A stretch of 63,992 nt of DNA, counting the filler, from Catajapyx aquilonaris (lineage: Eukaryota), in NCBI GenBank assembly GCA_000934665.2. It is 4 parts of 4 records of this genome, joined end to end, with 100 filler letters (N's around TTAATTAATTAA, not from the genome) between each part and the next. Parts side by side here need not be neighbours in the genome. Positions count along the whole stretch, not along the records: positions 32,301 to 48,375 come from JYFJ02007312.1; 3 more parts are not named here. The stretch is one strand, 5' to 3'. Numbering within the stretch: position 1 is the first letter of the stretch; every line of letters starts with the position of its first letter. Position numbers and translations under genes: made by a program. Under the pieces are notes generated by a model. That model did not search any database. It was given only the letters and a program-made list of their open reading frames with translations, and was not told the origin of the DNA. Positions 33,424-44,927 of the stretch are shown here, in pieces.

Positions 33424-34310
33424 CTGGTGGACACCTTCAGGATGTCTCCTTCTGCCCTTGGAGGAGGGTTGCTCTCACCTTCTCCTTTGCTCTTGTGTTG
33501 GGTGATCCTCATTCCACCAGCTTTCACTGGAAACCAAAATGAGAACTTGAGTGAAACACGTTTTAAATATAGCCTTCATGCAAGTGGTACACACCTGTCA
33601 TGTTTTCAGACTAACAGTAATCATTGAAAAGAGGTCATATGTGATGGATGCTATAAGTTGTACAATTCCCTGTTTCTATATGAAATTTTGAGAATGCCAG
33701 GAGATAACTCTTCATAAATAATCATAAATTTGCCAAAATGTACACTGAATTACAACTTCTGGTTTAACCTGTTTCGTAGTCCATATGTGGTGAGGAAATT
33801 ATTGACAGCATCAGAGTTTACCAAAGTGGGTTTATTCCCTCATGACTTGTGTCTCATATTTTCCTGCCAAGTTCCTCACTCATGCAGCAGCATCTATTGA
33901 ATTGAACTCTGCAGATGTTAGGCCCCGTTATTATACCTGGAGATGTCAGCAAAACCCTCCCTAAGCTAAGCAGACCAATCATATGGCACAACCAAAACAG
34001 ACTTAGGAAATGCAGACGCCACAACCCAATAAAGCATGAGTTGCCTTCTTTTTCTGCAGTTCACTAATCGGCGACTGATAGAGGCACTTGTTATCAGTGG
34101 CCTCCCTCCCTAAGGTTAACCTTGCATAATCAAAAATCGCTTCTACGTGGTCAAAACCACATTTTCGTCTATTCCTGTGCCGCCTAATCCCCCCATCAGC
34201 CCATCAGCCACCCAACTCATCCTCTCCCGCCGCAAACCCATCCTGTCACATCCCCCTTCACCTGCAGGAGGGTGTCCCGCCTTCAGCTCGGGTGTCTCCT
34301 GGGTGGACAT
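33424..34310 (-). CDS. DAP: Death-associated protein 1 homolog, first two exons (3' exon not seen, probably beyond the contig end)
   Basis: Exon 34310-34262 MSTQETPELKAGHPPA plus exon 33526-33424 VKAGGMRITQHK..; KAGHPPAVKAGGMRI is the DAP1 signature; GT-AG and phases fit. Confidence 0.92.
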
Positions 34311-34559
34311 GGTCACGTCAGCTGGATCGTACGAAACCTGCTGTCTGCTACCGTCTGCCGGATGCTGTATATGTCGGCGGCTGGCTGCGATGATGAATAG
34401 CGGCGCTGTGACCTGATCTCCTGCGCTACGTCTGCTGCTGCTGCGGAGGGAGTCGAGTCTTTTCCGAGTGCAGCTCCCTCAGGCGAGACACCGACCAACC
34501 TCTCTCAAGGACGACTAGTTACGCACTTATCGGCACATTTCTCTCCTGCCTACTACCTG

Positions 34560-35050
34560 TTGGACACCCCAACCGTCACTCATCATCATTATTATTCAAT
34601 AAATGATGAGAGATTGGGCCTGGATTGGGCTGTACAATTGAACCCCGGAAGTGCAGGATAGCATCTGAATTAGCTGCTGCCCCACTTTGTACGCCTTCCT
34701 TCTGCAAGACCTGTTTTACTCAATGTTGTAAGAAAATGCATCGACTTATTGGGTCCACAATGGGTCGAATGTGCCTGCGTGAGAGTGATGAGTAACGATG
34801 CGAGTGGGGGACCCAGTTCGTATGAAAAATGAGTAATGAGCAAATGAGGTCCCCCTTTCCCCTAGCAGTTCCGTTCATGCTCCTCGTGCGCAAGAAGATA
34901 CAGTAGTTGCGTCACCCATCCAATATGGCGACACGTCTCTCCTGAATGGGCTCCCTTTCACCTGCGCTTTCCGGCATTTCCTGCCCAGTTGTGAGTCTCG
35001 CTCTGGTACAGCCAGAGGTGCATGAGTCTGCGGGTGACTCCGGAAGTGTC
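34560..35050. promoter_or_regulatory. Putative bidirectional promoter between DAP and the C/EBP-gamma-like gene
   Basis: Divergent genes; ETS-type CCGGAAGTG at 34645 and 35040; YY1-like AATATGGCG at 34922; GTGAGT donor at 35097 marks an upstream exon. Confidence 0.5.
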
Positions 35051-36978
35051 GGAGGGGACATACTTGTTCGGCATAGGGGTCATGAGAAGCTGCAGAGTGA
35101 GTACACGGATGTCAACATACATCTGCATGCATGTCTCCCCCCTCCCCCCCTTTATTTTCACGCGCTCTCCCTCCCTTCGTCCCTCCCATCCCCCTTGCCC
35201 CTCCCCCATCCCCCCCAACTCCCGAGGTCAAGTTGGGAAAGTGTGGCGCAATCGTTTCGAAAGGTTCACAAGACCCAGAACCTGAATGTGTTGTTTCCAC
35301 ACCCGCCAGCCCCTCTCTCTTGCTCCATCTCCCTGTTTATCACCCGCATATTATCGGTAAGTCGGCTTTTTCGTGCTTTCTGTGCTCTGGAGCACTTCCA
35401 GTGTCTACAAATTTCATGGCGAAGTGCTTATTATTGGACTTCATCCACCCCATTGTGTACTTGTAATGCACCAGGAAAAGTAGACGTCTGGGCTTATCAA
35501 TCAGACTACTGTACAGATAATTTTGAGAAGGTTAAACACCAAGGAGGACTCACAGTGCAAATACAAATTATTGCCCATGGGATGGCATCCCCGGTGTCAC
35601 ACAAATGTTCAGTGAATGGCCAGTGGACATCATTTTTGCGCATTGCCATTGACCTCTGAATGTACACAACATTCACATGTCTAGTTTCGTGACATTCAAA
35701 CCTTCGATTGTTAATTTTAATACAGTCGACTTCGGATATAAGAGCATTGGCTATAAGCAATCCTCGGTTATAGCAGGCTGGTCCCAGCATACTTCAATAT
35801 ATGGCCTGTGTATTTGGATGTAGGAAACTTACATTATAGGATAGTACTGATTTCCACTGTCCCTTCAAGTCTAATTGTGTTCAGAGTTGACTATATCCAT
35901 TTACGGATTCTCATTTCCTGAATTTAACTTGTTTTCAAGTGCAATATGTGTCTATTGTCATACATTAACTTGATATTTAAAGGCTAATGACACATCGCCA
36001 CAGATCCAGGGGCTAATTCCAAACATTCACTTTATGTTCATTGAACATTTTGACTGTATGCCGGACACTTTGGATATTGACTGGACATTACAAAATGTTT
36101 TTGTGCTGCTGGGGATGATGTGTAAAAATCATTCATCACTTACTGTTAGTCATGTTACTGGCTTGAATTATGAGAGAGGCAGTGGTCATGTCCATACTGA
36201 TATTGTGGGTCACAAGCACAACTTACAACCATACCCTTCCTCGTGACTGAATATTTTAAGCCAGCAAGTTTCCATACTTCAGCTTTTGAAACTTTACCTG
36301 TCATTTGCATGGAAAACTTTTCAAGTAAATGAAAATGGCCTTACCTCTTTCTGATCAGGAAATTTTTTGTGCCAGTTGGCATGTAAGTCACTCGCACATC
36401 TACACAGAAGTACTGTGTATGTCTGTGGGCAAGCCTGTTGATTAGGCTAGGTTTTCAATATATTTAGCGAACCACTAGAATGAGTGAAGTACCAATATTT
36501 TTCCAAGTGAACACGTGAATGACCAAGAGATTTACACAAGTGCATGGGAATTTAATGTGTAATTAATAGGCTTGGACCATTGATTGGACACAAATTACGA
36601 TATATGTGTCAATGTTCTTTCATTTTTGTTTAACAGCTTTCCATTACATTGTCAAAAGTACAAAATGTGTCAAGCATGTACCTCATTCATGCTGATGTGA
36701 TCAGTCAGATATTTTGGGGGGTTTTACCAATTAGGCCGTACTTCTAGGAAACAATGATCACATTGTACCAGATAATGGTCATTATTATTTATTGTAGCTG
36801 CAGTTAATAGTGTACACTATGTGTACACTTATAAGGAACAAATTTCAGAAATTGTGTACACTAATAAGTAGCTACTTTCAGAAATTGTAGCCACTGACCA
36901 AAGGATATCTTCATAACCAGTGATACGGGCAAAGAGAGGTAGTACTTGCAGAACTACAGTGAGAGAAAAGAAAATACC

Positions 36979-39900
36979 ATGGCTCCAAAAGGAAGGGGGA
37001 GTTCTGGTGGGAAGCGGGAGGACAAGAGCAGTGACGAGTACCGTCGGAAAAGGGAGAGAAACAATCTGGCAGTGAAGCGGAGTCGAGTGAAGAGCAAGGA
37101 GAAGTCTGTGCAGACTTTGCAGAGGGTGGAGAAGCTTAAGTCAGAGAATGAGAAGCTGGAATGGAAGATTGAAATGCTCTCCAAGGAGCTCAGTGTTTTG
37201 AAGGAGCTCTTTGTCATGCACACAGGTGGTTGGTGACTTCTTTCTCAATTTTTTCTATATTGAAATAACAACATTAAAAAAGTATGTGAGCCACTGAACT
37301 CTTGAATCTTAGATCACAACTGTGGCAACTTCTATTTTTCAAATTAAGCAATAAGCCAATTTTGTTTGTGTTGCAACTGCACTCTAGCAAACACATTGAG
37401 TGGACATTTACATTGTACAAGTGCTGGACCTATCAGCAGTCCCTAAATGTTTCTTTTCGGCATTGGTGGCGCGCATTACCTGGCAACTAAGTAAACATTT
37501 AGGGACTGCTAATATGTCCAGCACTGTATGAAGGCTGCTTCACAAATTCAGGATGAAGTGAATGGGGCAGAAAATCGCCATTAGGGATCAGAATGTGAGT
37601 GGTGGCGATTGAAAAACTCCATTGTCGGGGCACAGGTAGTGGCTGAGCCAGGCAGTATTGCTGGCGTCCAACCAGGTGGATTTTGAGATGGGGAGAAAGC
37701 AGGTGGTTTTAGGAGGAAATTAGCAGCCCCATGAGGTTTTCAGCCAGGGGATTTTGGACACTAGTGTCATATTTCCTAGTTTTCTGCCTACTCACTGCCA
37801 AATTTGTGACTCAGCCTTAAGTTATCCAATGATATTAGAAAGTAATTGCATCAAAATGAGGACAGATACTTGTTGTAAGTACAACATATCTGTGTATGCT
37901 GAAGCTTTTTTAAGCGAATGCTTATTTTTATTACTGCACTTCCATGGCTTTATTTTTATGGGTAAGTAGGTACAGTTTGTTAAAAATTTTGTATTTCACT
38001 CAACCTTTCCTCTCCATTACCCAGACAACTTGCTTTATCATGAAGAAAAGCAGTGTTATCCATCATCTCATAAATGCTGATATAACTGCTGTACAGCAGA
38101 ATGAAATTGTCCAGCATGCTACTATTATGAGACTTTATACAGGGTGATCCAACTCTATGGCACCAGTAGTTATTGAAAAAATCGCGCAAGCTGCTTGTTT
38201 ATAAGCAAGTCGTTGCTAAGAGATGCTTTCTGGCTCTTTCTGGAGAATCGGGAATAGCACCTGCTGATATTAGGTCCAATGGCCATGTAACAATAATATT
38301 TTATTTGCTGGTAACTAAACAACGCTGCCTGTTGACCTGTCTCAGTTGCGCCAACTGCGGCCAACAATGAACAGACCAGAAGGCCTATTTATTGACACAC
38401 CCGGGTCTGTCCAGTTCCGACGGATTAGACCTTTGGTTTGGCAGCTAGTGACCTCATGTGAAACCCTCCAGCGAATACCAGAACAGCCTGTTTCCCACGG
38501 ATGATCCTTTTTTCCCTCATTAATATTGTTACATGGGCATTGGACCTAATATCAGCAGGTGCTATTCCCGATTCTCCAGAAAGTGACTCTTATTGATCTC
38601 TTAGCAACGACCTGCTTATAAACAAGCAGCTTGTTGATTTTTCCAATAACTGTTGGTGCCACAGAGTTGGACCACCCTGTATACAGGGTGGTCGGTAAAT
38701 GGCGCACAAGCTTCAGGTAGCGAGATTCCTTGTGAAAAACCAGTATATGGAAGTGAAGGTCCTATTGCTCTACGATGCCTGGTTAGGGCTCACGAGGCCT
38801 CCAAAGTTTGGGCCAAATCATGACTTCACATCCGCCCGCGAAATTCAAACACTACCGTATCACTGCCATACGCGGTGTGTTGCTAGGCATTGCCATGTTG
38901 ACATCTCTTCATTTCCATCCAACAATGGAACCGTATAAACTCGCAGAGTATGCCACGAAGGTATGGGAATGCCTGGCAACGTCCCGGCGAGTTTATACGG
39001 TTCCATTGTTGGGTGGAAATGTGGGGATGTCAACATGGCAACCCCTGGCAATGAACCACAGACAGTAGCGATACGGTAGTGTTTGAATTTCGCGGGCGGA
39101 TGTGAAGTCATGATTTGGCCCAAACGTTGGAGGCCACGTGAGCCCTACCCAGGCATCGTAGAGCAATAAGACCTTCATTTCCATATACTGGTTTTTCACA
39201 ACAAATCTCGCTACCTGAAGATTGTGCGCCATTTACTGACCACCCTGTATACAGTGGCACCCGCTTATTTGGACCACATCGGGCCACGGCATTTTGGCCC
39301 AATAAAGCGGGGGTTCCATTAACCTTGGTTCATGTGAAACAACAGGGGGGAAATGCAAAAAATTGACTGCACTACCAGCTTCAATCCTCAAAAATTAGTT
39401 CATTATGCTTTCAGATATTTAGTAGTTAATATGAACTGTATGACCATTCCTTGTTCTGCCATTTGGCCATGCTACTTAGGAAATGTAAATTGACTGTCAC
39501 AAATCTTTTTTTTAAATGTAACTATGATATATTGGGCAACAAATGTGTCTTATTATTCCAATGGCAGCTTTAGTTTTCAAAACAAACCATTTCAACAAAA
39601 CCCTGTACTTTTTGTACTTTTTTGATGATTTTGTTGTTCATAGAGGCAGAACATTACTTGTTAATGCAACTCAATTTTTGTGTTGATTGAAACGCTGCTT
39701 TCTCGGCACAGAACTATGAAGGAACTACTGATACCTACTTCCAATATATTTTTTAAAACTGATCAAATATGATGCTTCATTTGCGAAAATGCGTTGTTCT
39801 TGATCTCTGGATCCATTTATTTCCTTTTTAACGTCTATGGCAGTGGTTCCCAACCTGGGGGTCGCGAAGCCTTTTCCGGGGGGTCGCGCGTGGCTGCGGT

Positions 39901-40483
39901 AATTTTTATAAATTAAAAAATCAAACAAATTTTATAGGAAATTTTATCGCAAAGGTTTTTTCAACACCTACTAACATTTGGGGAGGGGGGGAGGGGGGTC
40001 GCAGGTTACTTGACTATCATAAAAGGGGGTCGCGACCCAAAAAAGGTTGGGAACCACTGTCTATGGCAAATAATAATCAGCCTCCCTTATTTCAGCAAAT
40101 AATAGCTTATCACATTATTTCAAGGTGTCTGATGAATAATGCATGCATTGATGCAAATACTTAATAACATTTTGTCATAAGCATATTGGAAATGTTTAAA
40201 TGTGTTCATTATTAAGGTTCTTAACTTCTTGCAAAACTAATATGCATTCTTTTGTCATTTGTAAGGCTCAGTCCAAGGCCTAGACAACATGGACCCTGCA
40301 ACCCTGGAGGAACTCCTGAAGGACGAAGGAGACAGTAAAGAATCTGCCACAAGAGAGAGGGCTCGAATCCACGCCTTGCAAGCTGGAGAGACCCTTCATG
40401 TTGGAGTTGGGGGAGTTTGTGATGCCACACAGGGATCTCTACATAACCCAACTTATACCACTCTTGGCATGGATGCAGAGTAG
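36979..40483 (+). CDS. CEBPG: C/EBP-gamma-like bZIP transcription factor (Irbp18-like), 154 aa
   Basis: Exon 36979-37225 ..SDEYRRKRERNNLAVKRSRVKSK..LKSENEKLE.KIEMLSKELSVLKELF..; phase-1 intron; exon 40266-40483 (GSVQGLDNMDPATLEELL..*). Confidence 0.9.
37418..37526. mobile_element. Short MITE with GTGCTGGAC termini
   Basis: Arms GTGCTGGAC..AGCAGTCCCTAAATGTTT / AAACATTTAGGGACTGCT..GTCCAGCACTG|TA. Confidence 0.7.
38140..38679. mobile_element. Mariner-type fold-back MITE
   Basis: TA|CAGGGTG...CACCCTG|TA with ~155-bp inverted arms. Confidence 0.88.
38684..39247. mobile_element. Mariner-type fold-back MITE (nearly fully palindromic, 564 bp)
   Basis: TA|CAGGGTGGTC...GACCACCCTG|TA; mirrored ORFs 38699..38938(+) and 38993..39232(-) are near-identical. 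Confidence 0.92.
39252..39325. mobile_element. Tigger/pogo-like MITE left end
   Basis: TA|CAGTGGCACCCGCTTATTTGGACC.. with internal inverted copy CCCAATAAAGCGG. Confidence 0.55.
39841..40059. mobile_element. hAT (Charlie-like) MITE
   Basis: TIR CAGTGGTTCCCAACCT / AGGTTGGGAACCACTG; flanking repeat (G)TCTATGG; GGGGTCGC subterminal motifs. Confidence 0.88.
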
Positions 40484-42026
40484 GAACTGTGGACTCAAAA
40501 GAAGAGCAGAGTTTAAAGGGAAAAAGAGGCCCATTTACAAGTTAGGCTCAAGCAATCAAGAAAATATGTTGATTTTGTCTGCAGTTTGCATCTCTGAAAA
40601 CTTGTTGTGTAAAGTCAAAATGAGAGTGGGAAGGAATTACCTTATATATACATATATAACACAATGATTAGCACTATTTTCCCATCTGGTACATTATTGA
40701 GTGCCAGGTGTGCCTATTGAAGATGAGACAAATGCCAATAATCTGCTGCAAGTTCTCTCATAGTGCCAGGCAAGTTTCAAAGCAAAGACTTTGGTGCTAC
40801 TGATAACACTCCAATGTGTATTACTTCAGCAGGTAAACATCACATAATTTCGACTTTTCCAAAAAACCGCAATCATTTATGCTTGGGCCATGCCTTTCAG
40901 ATTTGTTTTTGTTATTTATAACTGCTGCGTAGCAGATTATGACCTAAAATAATAATAGTTACCACCTATTTCTAGTGCAGGATGTACTTACATTCATTAA
41001 TGTAGAGAGAGAGATATATATATACACATATATATTCAAGGGAAATAAACACATTCAAATACCTGCCAGGACCTGGTGAAACCAGCTAGTTTGCAACTGT
41101 CGATTGGTAGTGATGATGCATTATTATGGTGATGCTCCTATGCTAATGTTGAATGTGTCTTCCAATTTTGAGAAGATACTGTACCAGTGAAATTGGCTCT
41201 CTTTGTGATGATTTCGTTTGATGAACTTGTACATCTACTTCTTTGACGAGAGGTCCTTTAAATCGGTGGCAGGTACAAATCCACTAGCTGTTTGTGATGA
41301 GAAGAGAAATAGATATTGCCACATGATTATGGACACTCATGGTATCATGTGTGAGTTGACTTTTTTTTTTTTTTTCAAATCTATTTTCAAATTTGGGCTT
41401 GTACACGCTTTTGTTTGTTAATTGATATAATCATATGCCCTGTTTTGTGTCTCAAGTAGGGTAAGTTTCATTTATATTTAGGTATGTTCAAAGAAGAATT
41501 CAGCTAGAATTTAAACTGCATTTTGAGGTGTGACAATAAGCATGCACCTTACGATTCAGTCACCATAATTATGTCCACGTCACGAGACTGTCCAATGTTT
41601 GGTTCAGTCCATACAGTACAATTTTGTAGTTACTTTTTACAGTGTTCTCTAATTCTACAGCAGGCTGTTTTCTAAGATGTGTACATTTATTAACTTTCTC
41701 TTTTTATGAAACCAGTCAATATGTATATTTTTTACTGAAGAAGTTACTTTTTTCAGGTGTATTAAATACTGTACTTTTGTTATGAACATAGAAAATTGTC
41801 TGCTGAAAAAGAGATGCACCTCATTCAATGTGAACATGCAAATGTGTGGAGCCCGATGAGTTACATTCACTGTCATGTTGTACAATTAAACATAGTTTAT
41901 AATACAAGCATTATTTTGGTATTTAGGAAAAATATGGGGAAGTATTCATGTTAACATTTATTTGAAGGTTTCTAGATGTACAATGGTTAGAAATTAAATG
42001 TGCCTTGTGCTTGGCATTGTTTAGAG

Positions 42027-42253
42027 CAGTGGTCTTCAACCTCTTTGCTATCATTGAACCCTTTTTCAATACAAAACTTTGCGAGAACGCCTACAAAAAA
42101 CTCTGTGCCATTTTTAAAACCATAATACTGCAGCATGTCACTTGGTTCTACTAGGGAAATAAGCCAACCATTCCCTCAAATGTCTTGTGCAACCATATAC
42201 AGCTTGGCCCATGGAACCCTTGAGTTCCAGAGAACACTCGTTGACTATTTCTC
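42027..42253. mobile_element. Old hAT (Charlie-like) MITE
   Basis: CAGTGGTCTTCAAC left end; TTTAGAG on both flanks; right end decayed. Confidence 0.55.
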
Positions 42254-42553
42254 ATTTAGAGCACTCAAACTCATTGTTAACCAACTTCTGTAATAGTGGA
42301 AGTGAAATACATGTAGTATAAGGCAGATGTATAGGGATGTGGTTATTTTATGCAATTCAGAGGTAATATGCACAGAAAAGTTTGTGCAATTTGATTTAGG
42401 AAGCCATGAGAAATTACCTGGCATACATATGTCGAGCAATAGAATGTGTTGTTTGGGTTCTGCCCTGGAGCAGTGCTTCTTCATAGAAAAATCAAAGACC
42501 ATTTTGTTAAGTTCTTGCAACACATGGTGAATCCATGCACATCAATATTATTA

Positions 42554-44894
42554 TTAGTCCATGGAGTGAGGGAGATAATATATCCAGTGGGTTGGCCCTA
42601 CGAGACGAAAACCCATCTTTGAAATCAGGTCCTTATTTGCATCATTGTCCTTCTCCACATATAGGTAGGGAATCATGCCCATGTCAGCCACCATCCTCAT
42701 CGTGAACCCTAAGGTTAGAGTTCCATATCCCAGTCCCTGGTGACTAGGTAATGTTTCAAACATACCGATCCCACCAAAGGGTTGAACAACAGCCCAGGAA
42801 ACAAGAGATCCATCATCTTTTAAATATAGACCAGTAGTCAGCCCCTCCTGAATTATGTCCAGAATATACTTGTGTGTTTCCGGGTCCGCAAACTTCCAGG
42901 TGTTGGTCAGCAGTCGGGCATCTTCAGGCCTCAGAGGTGCCAAGTAAGCTTCAGGATGAGTGCTAATTCGAGTAAATATTTTTTTGTAGTAGGAAGTGAT
43001 GAAAGTATTTGTGGGGAATATTGTGTCATTCTGATCTGCAGTTATATACCAATTGAGATACAACGGAAGTCAATCACAGACAAAAAGATGAAGACAGACA
43101 GGACCTGCACATACGTAGTTGCTAGAATTCCAGTGATATATTGCTACTCAAATGACTACAGTATGCTGTAGTTGTCATAATGATTGTTAGCATGCTGTCT
43201 ACAATATTGTTGTGAGAAAAGATGTCACCAGAGAGTTGTTAGAGTGAACATGAAATTCTGACCTGGTCTGTCTTCATATTTTTGTGTGCAATTTAACCTA
43301 CATGTATGTTCGAAGTAAGAGATCGGTATTAGCACTTACAGTTTTTTCCATGATGGCTCAGTTTTGGTCACTTTGACTAACAATTTTCAACACACCTGAT
43401 GTTAAGTTCCAGTGCAGTCCGAATAGGACAGGCCATGAGCTCAGTGTGAGCCACCCTTCGAATTTTGCCATGCTTTTCTGCTATCCGCTTAACCAGTGGG
43501 AAGTGTGGTGCTCTTATGCCAGAAAATATTATTCGTTGTGACCAGTCCACTACTGCCAAGTCATCAAGAACAGGTTCTATTACTTCCACAGGGCTTCCTT
43601 CAGGTGAAAAAAGGGATATGGCTGTGAGATCATTTCGCCTCTGAAATGAATGATGAAGAATTAGTTCACTCCTGATAAGAGAAAGGCTTGCCAGACAAAC
43701 TATGTACGCCTTGTAAATTTCTTAAGGTGAGTTTGAATTGTTTCATTTTTGATGACGACTATTCAGTATAAGTGCATTTGAGATAGATATGCAGCTCTAC
43801 TAGTAGTAGACTACGCCTACCACATTTCAAGAGGGGGATGCTCAATCAGTCCAACTTTTGCCAAAATGAACATTGGATTGAATGTGGAAACACCTTCTTT
43901 AGTCTGAGGTGTAATAGTCAGTAGGGTAGTGTGATAATTATAGTCCTGTGAATGTTTTCACATGGCATCACATGTTTCACAATGTTCACAAAAGTAGCAT
44001 GTTACTTTCACAATATGTAAAGCCTGTTCAAAACACACCATTATGCTTCTCCACCCAAGTGTTTATGCCAAGAGCAGCTTCCAAACAGTTGAGGGAGTGA
44101 ATAATGGGCCAATTTATAATACTTATTCATTTCAACGTACACTGCATTGCATGACATTACCATTTCGAATAAATGGGGGAAATTCGTTATGACTTAGAAT
44201 TTTGTATGCTGTTCAGAAAAAGTCACCAATATATTAAAGTGGCAGCATTTAGTTCAGAGATCTCGACTCTGACCTGAATAGTGATTGAGGAGAGAGGGAT
44301 GGGACGACGATTTCCCTGCCAGACACGTCACCGAAGCGCACCGAAGGCTCAAATAGGCCTACATGTGTACGTATATTCCATACGAATTCCGAATTCAGTT
44401 TAGTTCAAGTGTCAATACAGTACAATAATAGTTGAAGGACTCAACAGAACAATAAGGGCCCAACTCCAGCCTGAAAGAAATGAAACTTTAAAAATAGCAA
44501 TTTTACAAAATATTGGAATCATACGTAGGTGCAGAAGTAGTTTATACATGGGCAGAAGAGTCGTGACATCGTAACGCAAATGTTTACACCTGTACGATAT
44601 GCAGGCCATGCTGGTACTGTATATTATACAAGTAGGCTGTATGGCTGTTTCTCAACTGAAATCCGACAAATATATAGGCCCGACAGAAATACAAAAAATT
44701 AGGCACATTTGTCTGCTGTAGAGTTCGCAGAAACAACAATTCATATTAGAAACCAGCACAAAATGCAGTATAGGGCCTATTATACATATTCATTTTGAAA
44801 ACTCAATACGCGGAATCCTACGTAAGAGATAAAGAGCTTCCTTGTACCCGCGTACCATAAAATTTTGCAGACACGAATGGGTAAAGTTAATAAT

Positions 44895-44927
<33 letters not shown>

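Noticed and set aside
34946..35659. 237-aa ORF as a stand-alone gene
   Set aside because: It reads through a GTGAGT donor into C-rich intron sequence and has no recognisable domain; treated as a possible uORF instead.
38699..39232. Mirror-image duplicated small genes
   Set aside because: By-product of a palindromic MITE.
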